Assembly (NCBI GenBank): GCA_016707075.1
Contig: JADJII010000002.1
Location: forward strand, 261,082 to 325,081
Reading direction: 5' to 3'
DNA length: 64,000 nucleotides
From: Candidatus Egaibacter danicus
Lineage (GTDB): Bacteria > Pseudomonadota > Gammaproteobacteria > Burkholderiales > Burkholderiaceae_C
Shown: positions 10,138-19,809 of the stretch, one piece after another
Layout of the letters: each line of letters opens with the position of its first letter
Position numbering within the stretch: position 1 is the first letter of the stretch
Made by a program: the position numbers and the translations under genes
The notes under the pieces: generated by a model
Told to the model about the DNA's origin: nothing
Databases searched by the model: none
The model's input: only the letters and a program-made list of their open reading frames with translations

Positions 10138-11384
10138 TGATGAACTTACGACCGGTGAGACTGGCTGTATTTTTAGCCGAAAAATTACATACAGGTGGCG
10201 GCTATCAGCAGTCGCTAAATGCCGCCGTGCTGGCCCAAAAGCTACCGAGAAGTGTCGCCGAGCCCGTTTTCTTTACGTTGCACAAGGAAAATGTTCCAAC
10301 GCTTCACTCACTGGGTATTGACGCAATATATATTTCATTACCACCTATTTGCCAAGTCTGGCTGAAAATGCGCGCGCTTGTTCCCAGTAATCGCATTTTG
10401 ATGCTCGTGCGGCGATTGGTCGGAGCAAGTGTTTTTGAGCGAATCTTTCTGAAGCATTCCATTGATTTGATCTACTTTCTATCACCAACTAGTTTGGCAA
10501 CCAGTCTGGATGAACTCAACTATATAACTACTGTATGGGATCTTTGCCACCGGGATCATGTTGAGTTTCCGGAAGTCCGGTTTGGTAGGGAGTTTGAGGC
10601 GCGGGAGAACCTGTACAGAAGATTATTGCCCAAAGCTGTGGGGGTTTTCGTTGATTCCCCGCTGGGAAAATCTAATGTTGTTCGACGGTATACAGTAGAC
10701 GACGAGCGTGTCCATATCATGCCATTTATGCCATCCATTAGCACGGCGCTGGCAGGCCATGCGTACCAAGCGGGTTATGTTGACATCGCTGAGAAATACC
10801 AATTGGATATACCCTACGTCTTTTACCCGGCCCAGTTCTGGGCTCACAAGAACCATGTGTATCTTTTGGAGGGATTGACGGCATTGGAGCAGCAGTTTGG
10901 ACGAAACGTTGGAGCCATATTTTCTGGCAAAGACGAAGGTAATATGGCCCACGTCAAAAAAGTGGTTAGTGATTTGGGACTCCAGGATAGAGTGCGGTTT
11001 GCAGGTTTTGTTCCAGCAGCGGAAATTCCGTATCTCTACAGACAGTCACTTGCTCTGGTTATGCCAACCTACTTTGGCCCGACGAACTTGCCCCCGTTAG
11101 AAGCATTTTCTCTCGGTGTTCCAGTGCTTTATTCCGATATGGCTGGTTTGAGAGACCAAGTCGGCGAGGCAGCGCTGTTGATGGATCTTAGTGATCCGGC
11201 GTCCATGGCGAGGCATCTTGATGCGTTGTTGACGAATCCGCAGTTGCGTGAGCAGCTTGTGCAAAGAGGACGTGAGGTTTTATCACGCAACGACGATCGT
11301 AGCCGTCTGAGTGTATTGACATCTGTGGTTGTGGAATTTCAGCGCAAGCGCGCTTGTTGGGGGCTAACAGCTCCGGCAGAATAA
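10137..11384 (+). CDS. Family-1 (GT4-type) glycosyltransferase
   Basis: C-terminal GT-B signature ..RVRFAGFVPAAEIPYLYRQSLALVMPTYFGPTNLPPLEAFSLGVPVLYSD... The ATG at 10137 overlaps the preceding TGA. Confidence 0.8.
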   Translation: MMNLRPVRLAVFLAEKLHTGGGYQQSLNAAVLAQKLPRSVAEPVFFTLHKENVPTLHSLGIDAIYISLPPICQVWLKMRALVPSNRILMLVRRLVGASVFERIFLKHSIDLIYFLSPTSLATSLDELNYITTVWDLCHRDHVEFPEVRFGREFEARENLYRRLLPKAVGVFVDSPLGKSNVVRRYTVDDERVHIMPFMPSISTALAGHAYQAGYVDIAEKYQLDIPYVFYPAQFWAHKNHVYLLEGLTALEQQFGRNVGAIFSGKDEGNMAHVKKVVSDLGLQDRVRFAGFVPAAEIPYLYRQSLALVMPTYFGPTNLPPLEAFSLGVPVLYSDMAGLRDQVGEAALLMDLSDPASMARHLDALLTNPQLREQLVQRGREVLSRNDDRSRLSVLTSVVVEFQRKRACWGLTAPAE

Positions 11385-11619
11385 TTCGATTGTCATACAG
11401 ATAGCTATGCTGCGCCGGAATCTGCAGATTAACGCTTGCATGATTTATAGGTAGGTATTTGTTTGATATTGTGATACCTGCACTAAAAAATTTCTGACTC
11501 CTAGAGGTCTGCGAACGGATATTTTGGGATATAAAAATGAGTTTCGAATGATTCCAGAATACGAACAAATTGCAGCTTTACCACACAACCCTGCACGCTT
11601 TGCAGAAGGCGGGATAAGA

Positions 11620-12410
11620 ATGTCTCCCGAGTGTGATCCTTCAAGGGGGCAGCGCCTGGCGGCAGACGACTATAGTGTGACAATAATTACAGCTGTGTTT
11701 AACGGAATAAAAACCGTCGAAAAATCCATTGCCAGCGTGCTTGAAAATCGTCATGAGAATATTGAATATCTAGTGATTGATGGCGGATCAACGGATGGAA
11801 CTGTTGACATATTACGAAAATATTCCTATTGCATAGACTATTGGGTGAGCGAGCCAGATGACGGGATTTATGAGGCATGGAACAAGGCCATTCGGTTGGC
11901 AAGCGGCAATTGGATTGCATTTGTTGGTGCCGACGACGTGATCCGCTCGGGTGCAATTCACCAATATCTTGAATACATCAAGCAGAATAAGAAAAGGCGG
12001 CTTGATTTTGTCTCTTCAAAAATCAACCTCGTCGCCAATGGACTCTCCAGGCGGGTGGTTGGGCGGCCATGGGAATGGCATATTTTTAAAAAATATATGG
12101 GGTCGCGCATGTTGGCGCATTGCATCATAGATCTCTGTTCATGAAATTTGGGCTATACGATATCAGCTACAAGATTTGCGGAGACTATGAATTACTGCTT
12201 CGCGCTCGCAAAGCGCTGAGAGCTGATTTTCTGGATGTTGTTACAGTCGACATGGAGGTTGGTGGTGCCAGTTCGTCCCAAAAGAGTACTTTTGACGAGG
12301 TGATGCGGGCGAAAATCACAACTGCCGGGCGCTCCATGGTGGTCTGCAAAATTGAGCGACTATTGGCTCTGTCACGGTGGTATTTGCGAAAGCTGGTCAG
12401 GGGGTACTAG
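11620..12410 (+). pseudogene. Family-2 glycosyltransferase, frameshifted at the G4 run 12099-12102
   Basis: VTIITAVFNG..YLVIDGGSTDGT..GADD (GT-A, DxD) in ORF 11524..12144. The continuation VAHVGALHHRSLF..GDYELLLR is in ORF 12120..12410. One extra G in atggggtcg joins ..KKYMG to VAHVG... Confidence 0.7.
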
Positions 12411-12473
12411 GGCACGACCCATGCGGCATATGTTTGGTGTTGGCCCGTTGCTCTTTCGTTGGGTGCAAGGCAG

Positions 12474-13616
12474 ATGAAAGTTCTCAACGTTACTAACTCG
12501 CTGGATCTTAGAACGGGCGGTGGTACAGCCGAGCGTACCTATCAGATGAGCCGTGCGCTTGCGATCGCGGGACACGCGTGTACTGTGCTAACTCTCGATA
12601 CCGGGCTGGATCGTGAGCGGATTGAATCTGCGCTGCCAGCCAAAGTGTATGTGCTACCGTGTCTGTGGGATCGCTTCTATTTGCCTCGTGGTGACTGGAA
12701 GGCGATCCGCGAGTTGGTCAAAGATGCCGATATCGTGCATTTGATTGGGCACTGGAGTGTGCTCAATGCCATGGTGTATGCCGCCGTACGTCTAGCCGGT
12801 AAGCCTTTTGTGGTTTGTCCGGCTGGTGCGCTGCCCATATTTGGTCGTTCAGCTTGGATTAAGCGTGCCTATAACTTCATAGTTGGCGCGGCACTGGTCC
12901 GCAATGCCTCTGCGTGGATTGCCGTTACCGATGCAGAACTCCCGCATTTTGCAGCCTACGGGGTGCCCCGGTCACAGGTTACCGTGATTCCGAATGGTGT
13001 TAACAAGCACGATTTCGATGATTTCGACCTGAATGCACTCCATGCCATGGGTGTAAGTGATGCCCCAGCAATACTTTTCATGGGGCGACTCAACCCTATC
13101 AAGGGGCCTGATTTGCTGCTGCGGGCCTTTGCGTTGGTACGGCAACAATTGTCTGGTTTCCAACTGGTTTTTGCTGGCCCTGACGGTGGAATGCTGGCGC
13201 AGTTGCAGGTAGCAGTCCCCGATTTGGGGTTGACTGGTCGCGTCCATTTTCTGGGGCATGTCGATGGTCGCGTCAAGGCGGCCGCCTACCGGTATGCTCG
13301 GTTACTCGTGGTGCCTTCACGGCAAGAGGCCATGTCCATAGTTGCGTTGGAGGCGGGCATCTGCGGAACGCCGGTGCTGCTGACTGATCAATGTGGCTTT
13401 CCGGCCGTCAAGACGATTGATCCTCATCTGGAGGTAGCAGTCTCTGCCGAGGCATTGGCAGATGGACTGATAAGCGTGTTGAAGGATGCGGATCTGTTGT
13501 CTACTATTTCGACCAAATGGCAAAACTATGTTGAGCGCCAGTATGGCTGGGCGGCGTTGATACCAGACTACGTCAATCTTTATCGCCGCGTCATTGCTGC
13601 GGAGTCTTCACGATGA
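12474..13616 (+). CDS. Family-1 (GT4-type) glycosyltransferase
   Basis: MKVLNVTNSLDLRTGGG.. N-terminus and the ..LLVVPSRQEAMSIVALEAGICGTPVLLTD.. E-x7-E region. Confidence 0.85.
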   Translation: MKVLNVTNSLDLRTGGGTAERTYQMSRALAIAGHACTVLTLDTGLDRERIESALPAKVYVLPCLWDRFYLPRGDWKAIRELVKDADIVHLIGHWSVLNAMVYAAVRLAGKPFVVCPAGALPIFGRSAWIKRAYNFIVGAALVRNASAWIAVTDAELPHFAAYGVPRSQVTVIPNGVNKHDFDDFDLNALHAMGVSDAPAILFMGRLNPIKGPDLLLRAFALVRQQLSGFQLVFAGPDGGMLAQLQVAVPDLGLTGRVHFLGHVDGRVKAAAYRYARLLVVPSRQEAMSIVALEAGICGTPVLLTDQCGFPAVKTIDPHLEVAVSAEALADGLISVLKDADLLSTISTKWQNYVERQYGWAALIPDYVNLYRRVIAAESSR

Positions 13617-14852
13617 GGATTTTGGTCGTCTCCTCAATACTTTTGGCCAGAAGACTTTCGCATCAATGAGTTGACTCAGAGTCTGGTTGAGAAAGGTGCC
13701 CGGGTAGACGTTCTGACTGGCAAGCCCAACTACCCGGAGGGCGTGGTCCGACCTGGCTATCGAGCTTGGGGAACCCAGCGTGAAGAGCGTCAAGGTGTCT
13801 CGGTGTTCCGCGTACCCCTTAGTCCGCGAGGGCGAGGAAGTGCTCTGGGCTTGCTGTTTAACTACCTGTCTTTTATCTTTTCAGGGCTCATTTTCGGTCC
13901 CGGCTTGCTGCGGGCGCGGGCTTACGATGCGGTTTTCGTCTATGCACCATCTCCACTGCTGCAGGCTTTGCCGGCCCTCTGGCTGGCGCACCGCAAGAAT
14001 GTGCCCTGCGTTTTATGGGTTCAGGATCTTTGGCCCGAGAGCCTTTCGGCTACTGGTTTCATCCGCAACCGATATGCTTTGGCTCTTGTGGAGCGGGTAG
14101 TCCGTTTCATCTACCGGCATGTGGATCGGGTGCTAGTGCCTTCGGAAGCGTTTCGAGCGCCAATTGAGCGTCTCGGTGTGCCGTCGGAGCGGATCAACTA
14201 TTATCCAAACGCTTACGTAGAAGAGCATGCCTTCACCCCCTCTTCTCAGGACGAGGTGGCGCTTGCCAGGGAAATAGCTGCAGGCTTTTCGGTGGTTTTC
14301 GCAGGTAATCTCGGCACGGCTCAGGCCTTGGAGACGGTGGTGGAGGCGGCGAAGCTACTGCAGGAGCAAGGTTCGCCGATTCGGTTTTTCCTCATCGGCA
14401 GCGGTAGCCGGGCGGCATGGGTCCAGGAAGAGGTTGTCCGGTGCGGTCTGCGCAATATGCGGCTGCCTGGGCGTTTCCCCAACCAAGCCATGCCCATTTT
14501 TTATGCCGCCGCTGGCGCCTTGTTGGTGTCTCTGAGGGATGAGCCTATATTTGCCTATACAGTTCCGAGCAAGGTTCAAGGCTACTTGGCTGCAGGCCGA
14601 CCAGTAATCGCTTCTCTCAACGGCGAGGGCGCTCGCATCATCAGCGAAGCGGGTGCTGGTTTGGTCTGTCGAGCGGGAGACGCTGAAGGGCTGGCGCAGG
14701 CGGTGCTACAACTACAGGCGAATTCCGCTGAAGAGCGTGTTGCGATGGGAGCGGCTGGTCGCACATATTATTTGGAGTATTTTGAATCTGGGAAGCTGGC
14801 AAAGCAGTTGCTCGGGCTTTTAGAGTCGATCAAAAAGCAGGAGGGAAGTTGA
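13613..14852 (+). pseudogene. WbuB-like glycosyltransferase (L-FucNAc/L-QuiNAc-type transferase family), N-terminus frameshifted at about 13634
   Basis: ATG 13613 overlaps the preceding TGA (ATGA) and reads MRILVVS, then runs into a stop. Frame 0 continues QYFWPEDFRINELTQSLVEKGARVDVLTGKPNYPEG, the canonical WbuB N-terminus. Removing T13634 fuses the two parts. Confidence 0.7.
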
Positions 14853-15724
14853 TGAGAATCCTCATATTGGGGGCTTCGGGAATGCTGGGCAACGCCATGT
14901 ACCGGTTGTTGTCGCAAAGAGACTGGTTGGAGGTGTTTGCCACTGCCCGCTCGGAATCGGTGCGGCACTTCTTTCCCAAATCTCTTTCGGCAAATCTAAT
15001 GCCGGGCGTTGACGTTGAGAACCACGACTCTCTTGAGCGTGTGCTCGCCAAGGCCAAGCCGCAGGTAGTGGTGAACTGCGTCGGCTTGGTCAAGCAAATG
15101 GCTGACGCCGAGGATCCACTTCAGGCGCTACCCATCAACGCCATGCTGCCGCATCGTCTGGCGCGGCTATGTGAGTTGACCGAAGCGCGCCTTGTACACA
15201 TCAGCACGGACTGCGTTTTTTCCGGCAGCAAGGGCAATTACCGGGAGAGTGATCAATCTGACGCTACCGATCTTTATGGCAAGTCAAAGTTTATTGGGGA
15301 AGTTGATCGCCCACATGCAATCACGTTGCGCACGTCCATCATTGGACACGAACTTGCTGGCAACCATAGTCTCGTAGGCTGGTTTTTGGCGCAAAAGGCC
15401 AAGACAAAAGGCTACACGAGAGCAATTTTTTCTGGGCTGCCGACTGTGGAATTGTCGCGCGTGGTGTGTGATGTCGTGCTGACCCGGCCGGCGCTGTCCG
15501 GTCTGTACCATGTGGCGGCCGAACCAATCGCTAAATTTGATCTGTTGAAGATCATTGCTGCCGCCTACAGGAAAGACATTTCTATCGAAGCGGATGACAG
15601 TGTGGTCATTGACCGCTCGCTCACTGCCGACCGATTCCGTGATGCTACCGGCTATGTCGCACCCGCCTGGCATGAACTCATCGAGCGCATGCGTGACTTT
15701 CAATTAGAGAAAAATTATGTTTGA
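14852..15724 (+). CDS. RmlD-type NAD(P)H sugar 4-reductase (WbvR-like rather than the longer FnlB/CapF type)
   Basis: MRILILGASGMLG Rossmann motif and YGKSK (Y-x3-K). About 290 aa. The ATG overlaps the preceding TGA, with GGAGGGA as a ribosome-binding site. Confidence 0.75.
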   Translation: MRILILGASGMLGNAMYRLLSQRDWLEVFATARSESVRHFFPKSLSANLMPGVDVENHDSLERVLAKAKPQVVVNCVGLVKQMADAEDPLQALPINAMLPHRLARLCELTEARLVHISTDCVFSGSKGNYRESDQSDATDLYGKSKFIGEVDRPHAITLRTSIIGHELAGNHSLVGWFLAQKAKTKGYTRAIFSGLPTVELSRVVCDVVLTRPALSGLYHVAAEPIAKFDLLKIIAAAYRKDISIEADDSVVIDRSLTADRFRDATGYVAPAWHELIERMRDFQLEKNYV

Positions 15725-16726
15725 AGAAAAAATCCTCTTGATCACGGGGGGGACTGGCTCGTTCGGTAACGCAGTACTAAACCGCTTTTTAGAAACCGAT
15801 GTAAGAGAAATCCGCATTTTTAGTCGGGACGAAAAAAAGCAGGAGGATATGCGCATCGCGTTTAAAAACTCCAAGCTCAAGTTCTACATCGGTGACGTAC
15901 GCAACTACGACAGTGTTTTCGAGGCAATGCGTGGTGTTGACTATGTTTTTCATGCTGCTGCACTGAAGCAGGTGCCATCTTGTGAGTTTTATCCGATGGA
16001 GGCTGTTCGTACCAATGTATTGGGAACCGAAAATGTTTTGAATGCGGCAACCACATGCGCCGCCAAACGCGTGGTGGTTCTAAGTACGGACAAAGCAGTC
16101 TACCCCATCAACGCCATGGGAATTTCTAAAGCCATGGCTGAAAAGGTTATGGTGGCGAAGGCGCGCATGCAGGCACCCGGAGAAACCGTTTTCTGCGCCA
16201 CCCGGTATGGTAATGTAATGGCATCGCGTGGATCGGTCATTCCATTGTTTGTTGGGCAGATCCGGTCCGGTAAACAGCTGACCATCACGGACCCGAAGAT
16301 GACGCGATTCCTGATGTCGCTGGAGGACTCGGTTGATCTGGTGCTGTATGCGTATGAACATGGTCAGCAGGGCGACATATTTGTTCAAAGGCCCCAGCCT
16401 CAACGGTGGGTGATTTGGCCCAGGCGCTGAAAGAGTTGTTCGGTGATGCCAGCGCAACCCGCATCATTGGAACACGGCATGGTGAGAAATTATTTGAGTC
16501 ACTGATATCGCGGGAGGAAATGGCGCATGCCGAGGATCTGGGTGGTTATTTCCGGGTACCTGCCGACAACCGTGATCTCAATTACGCAAAATACTTCAGT
16601 GAAGGGGAGGAGAAAATTTCGCGTCTCGATGACTACACCTCACATAATACTCAGCGACTCAATGTGGAGGGAGTCAAGGCTTTGCTATTAAAACTCGATT
16701 ACATCCAGGAAGAGTTGAATGCTTAA
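15717..16726 (+). pseudogene. UDP-GlcNAc 4,6-dehydratase/5-epimerase (FnlA/CapE/WbvB family), frameshifted at the A3 run 16387-16389
   Basis: ILLITGGTGSFGNAVLNRFL..IRIFSRDEKKQ..STDKAVYPINAMGISKA in ORF 15717..16430. The continuation APASTVGDLAQALKELF..IIGTRHGEKLFE..RDLNY is in ORF 16406..16726. One extra A in caaagg restores ..FVQKAPAS... Confidence 0.8.
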
Positions 16727-17849
16727 AGTCATGACCATCGTTGGCACCCGCCCTGAGCTAATAAAGATGAGTCGGGTTATCGCGGAGTTTGATAAGTATC
16801 TACACCACGTCCTCGTCCATACTGGTCAGAACTATGACTATGAACTCAATCAGTTGTTCTTTGAGGATCTTGGCATACGCCGGCCTGACTATTTCTTGGA
16901 GGCCGTTGGTAGCAATGCTGCACAAACCATTGCGAAGGTCATAGAAAAGTCCGATGCCATCATGGAGAAAGAACGTCCCGATGCCATCATGCTGTATGGA
17001 GATACCAATTCCTGTTTGGCCGTAATCTCCGCCAAAAGGCGCAAGATTCCTGTATTTCACATGGAGGCTGGGAACCGTTGTTTTGACCAGCGTGTACCAG
17101 AAGAATTGAATCGTAAGGTACTAGATCACTTGAGCGATATCAACCTGGTATTGACGGAACATGCCCGCAGGTACCTGATTGCCGAGGGGATCAGGCCTGA
17201 AACCATTATCAAAACCGGTTCGCACATGCGAGAAGTACTGGAGTACTACGCTTCTAAAATAGAGCAATCGGATATCTTGAAGCGATTGGGGTTGGAGGCG
17301 GGCCGATATTTTGTTGTCAGTGCCCACCGTGAGGAAAATGTAGATTCACATGAGAATTTGCGGGATATGGTATCTACGCTGAATGCTTTGGCACGGGAGT
17401 ATGAATTCCCAATCATTGTCTCGACGCATCCACGCACTCAAAAGCAGCTTGATGGCTTGAACTTGGACAAGCTGGATCGGCATATCCGGTTTCTGAAGCC
17501 ATTTGGATTTTGCGACTACATTAAACTGCAAATAGAGTCTTTTTGTATTGTCTCTGACAGCGGCACCATCACGGAAGAAGCGTCATTGCTGAATCTTCCG
17601 GCAATCACTTTGCGCAATACACACGAAAGGCCGGAAGGAATGGATGCGGGCACACTTATTATGAGTGGTGTGAAAATGACGCATGTTCTGGATTCCGTCA
17701 AGGTGATTGTCTCTCAGCACGATAAGCACAAACGGGTCATGGCGTCGGTGCCAGACTATCAGCCCACTGCTGTTTCGAAACAATTACTGCGCATCGTGAT
17801 GAGCTATGTCGATTACGTGAATCGCACGGTGTGGAAGAAGGTCGATTGA
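16719..17849 (+). CDS. Non-hydrolysing UDP-GlcNAc(-derivative) 2-epimerase (FnlC/CapG/WbvD-like)
   Basis: 376 aa. MKVMTIVGTRPELIKMS.., ..HTGQNYD.., ..HMEAGNRCFD..PEE.NR.., ..VSDSGTITEEA... Confidence 0.85.
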   Translation: MLKVMTIVGTRPELIKMSRVIAEFDKYLHHVLVHTGQNYDYELNQLFFEDLGIRRPDYFLEAVGSNAAQTIAKVIEKSDAIMEKERPDAIMLYGDTNSCLAVISAKRRKIPVFHMEAGNRCFDQRVPEELNRKVLDHLSDINLVLTEHARRYLIAEGIRPETIIKTGSHMREVLEYYASKIEQSDILKRLGLEAGRYFVVSAHREENVDSHENLRDMVSTLNALAREYEFPIIVSTHPRTQKQLDGLNLDKLDRHIRFLKPFGFCDYIKLQIESFCIVSDSGTITEEASLLNLPAITLRNTHERPEGMDAGTLIMSGVKMTHVLDSVKVIVSQHDKHKRVMASVPDYQPTAVSKQLLRIVMSYVDYVNRTVWKKVD

Positions 17850-18814
17850 GCCAAGTCAAGAAAGCGATACTGGTAACAGGAGCCAATGGATTCGTTGGTC
17901 GCGCCGTTTGCATGCAGGCGGTTTCGTTGGGTATGGAGGTAAGAGGTGTACAGCGTGGCGGCACCGTGTCAACCTGTCCTGTACAGGTGGTGCAAATTGA
18001 TGAACTCGATGGAGCGACCCAGTATGCACAGGCTCTTGCGGGGTGCGATGCCATTGTGCATTGTGCCGCGCGCGTTCACGTAATGACGGACCGGGGAATC
18101 GATTCTCTGGCGGAGTATCGGCGAGTGAATGTAGAGGGCACTCTAAATCTGGCGAATCAAGCGGTTGCGGCCCATGTGCGGCGATTCATATTTATCAGCT
18201 CCATCAAGGTCAATGGTGAGTCGACGCCGAGGGGCCAGCCATTTTCGATATCCGATGTACCAGCTCCGCAGGACGCGTATGGTAAGTCGAAATTCGAGGC
18301 CGAACAGGCGCTGCTCGTGCTTGCAAAGCAAACGGGGCTGGAAGTTGTCATCATCCGGCCTCCTCTGGTGTATGGTCCTGGCGTCAAGGCCAACTTTGCG
18401 TCCATGGTGCGCTGGTTGCAGAGCGGATTGCCTCTACCGTTGGGGGCCATCAACAATCAGCGCAGTTTAGTGGCGCTGGGTAATTTAACAGACCTGATCA
18501 TGACTTGCCTTGACCATCCAGCAGCTAAAAATAGAACATTCTTGGTAAGCGACGGGCAAGATGTATCCACAACCGAACTATTGCGGCTTATGGCCCATGC
18601 CATGCACAGGCCGGCCCGTTTGCTACCGGTTCCACAGTCTATGCTGCTGCTGACGCTACGCCTCATAGGTCTGTCAGGGTTCGCGCAGCGCTTATGTGCC
18701 TCTTTACAGGTGGATATTGCTAGTCCTCGGCAACTTCTGGATTGGGCGCCGCCTCTCCCCTTAGAGCAAGGCCTGAGACAAGTGGTCGCCGGTGGGCGGG
18801 AGGCAGAATGTTAA
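17831..18814 (+). CDS. NAD-dependent sugar epimerase/dehydratase (WbpK-like)
   Basis: ILVTGANGFVGRAV Rossmann motif and YGKSKFEAE. The start is ambiguous (GTG 17831 or TTG 17846). Confidence 0.8.
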   Translation: MEEGRLSQVKKAILVTGANGFVGRAVCMQAVSLGMEVRGVQRGGTVSTCPVQVVQIDELDGATQYAQALAGCDAIVHCAARVHVMTDRGIDSLAEYRRVNVEGTLNLANQAVAAHVRRFIFISSIKVNGESTPRGQPFSISDVPAPQDAYGKSKFEAEQALLVLAKQTGLEVVIIRPPLVYGPGVKANFASMVRWLQSGLPLPLGAINNQRSLVALGNLTDLIMTCLDHPAAKNRTFLVSDGQDVSTTELLRLMAHAMHRPARLLPVPQSMLLLTLRLIGLSGFAQRLCASLQVDIASPRQLLDWAPPLPLEQGLRQVVAGGREAEC

Positions 18815-19374
18815 TTAAACGCATGGTGGATATGTTTCTAGCAGCCTTGGCTTCGCTGGTACTAGCAATTCCCATCTTCGTCGTTGCGCTAATGGTGCGG
18901 TTGACATCTGAGGGGCCCATTTTGTATTGGTCTAGTCGGGTCGGACGTCATAACAGGACTTTTATGATGCCCAAGTTTCGCAGTATGCTGACAGGGACTC
19001 CGGCGGTGGCAACGCACCTGCTGGTTAATCCAAATATCTATCTGACTCCCATTGGGGATTTTCTGCGAAAAACTAGCCTGGATGAATTGCCTCAACTGTG
19101 GAGCATTGTCAGGGGTGATATGAGCTTTGTTGGTCCTCGCCCCGCTTTATTCAATCAGCAGGATTTAGTTGAGATGCGTACTCGTGCCGGGGTTGATGGA
19201 TTATTACCGGGTCTGACCGGTTGGGCGCAGGTAAATGGACGTGATGAATTACCCATTGCTCAGAAGGTTGCGTTTGATGTGGAATATATGAATCGTCAAA
19301 GTCTATTATTTGATTTAAAAATCATGATGATGACTTTTGTAGCTGTCATCAAGCGAGATGGAATTTCCCATTAG
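18808..19374 (+). CDS. Small initiating undecaprenyl-phosphate sugar-phosphotransferase (PglC/WbaP C-terminal type)
   Basis: One N-terminal TM helix, then ..GPILYWSSRVG..PKFRSM.., ..DELPQLWSIVRGDMSFVGPRP... ATG 18808 overlaps the upstream stop. Confidence 0.85.
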   Translation: MLIKRMVDMFLAALASLVLAIPIFVVALMVRLTSEGPILYWSSRVGRHNRTFMMPKFRSMLTGTPAVATHLLVNPNIYLTPIGDFLRKTSLDELPQLWSIVRGDMSFVGPRPALFNQQDLVEMRTRAGVDGLLPGLTGWAQVNGRDELPIAQKVAFDVEYMNRQSLLFDLKIMMMTFVAVIKRDGISH

Positions 19375-19424
19375 TTATTTATATAAAATAATAAGATGAT
19401 TTATTTTTAACTGAAAGAAGAAAT

Positions 19425-19790
19425 ATGGACAGTCTGATTGATATTCAAGCCCAAATCGACAAGCTGCAAAGACAAGCACAAGAAATTCGTTCTAAGGAGT
19501 TCACAGGTACGGTACAGGACATCCTTGCAAAGATGCAAGTCTTCGGTATTACTTTGAGAGACCTGCAAAACGCCAAGCTTGGAAAACCTGCAAAAGCTGG
19601 GCGTGGCAAGAGTAAGGCAACTGCTTTGGCAAAGGCAGCCAAAGGTTCCAAAAGAACTGGTGTTGCTGTAGCTCCGAAGTTTCGAGGCCCCAATGGTGAG
19701 ACATGGAGTGGCCGCGGATTGACGCCCAAATGGCTGTCTATTTTGATCGCGCAGGGGCGTAGGAAAGACGAGTTCGCCATTGTGGTTTGA
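19425..19790 (+). CDS. H-NS-family nucleoid-associated protein
   Basis: 121 aa: N-terminal coiled-coil (IQAQIDKLQRQAQEIR), a basic linker, and the C-terminal ..KFRGPNGETWSGRGLTPKW.. DNA-binding motif. Preceded by a very AT-rich 50-nt leader. Confidence 0.8.
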   Translation: MDSLIDIQAQIDKLQRQAQEIRSKEFTGTVQDILAKMQVFGITLRDLQNAKLGKPAKAGRGKSKATALAKAAKGSKRTGVAVAPKFRGPNGETWSGRGLTPKWLSILIAQGRRKDEFAIVV

Positions 19791-19809
19791 TTAGCCACTA
19801 GAGAACCGA

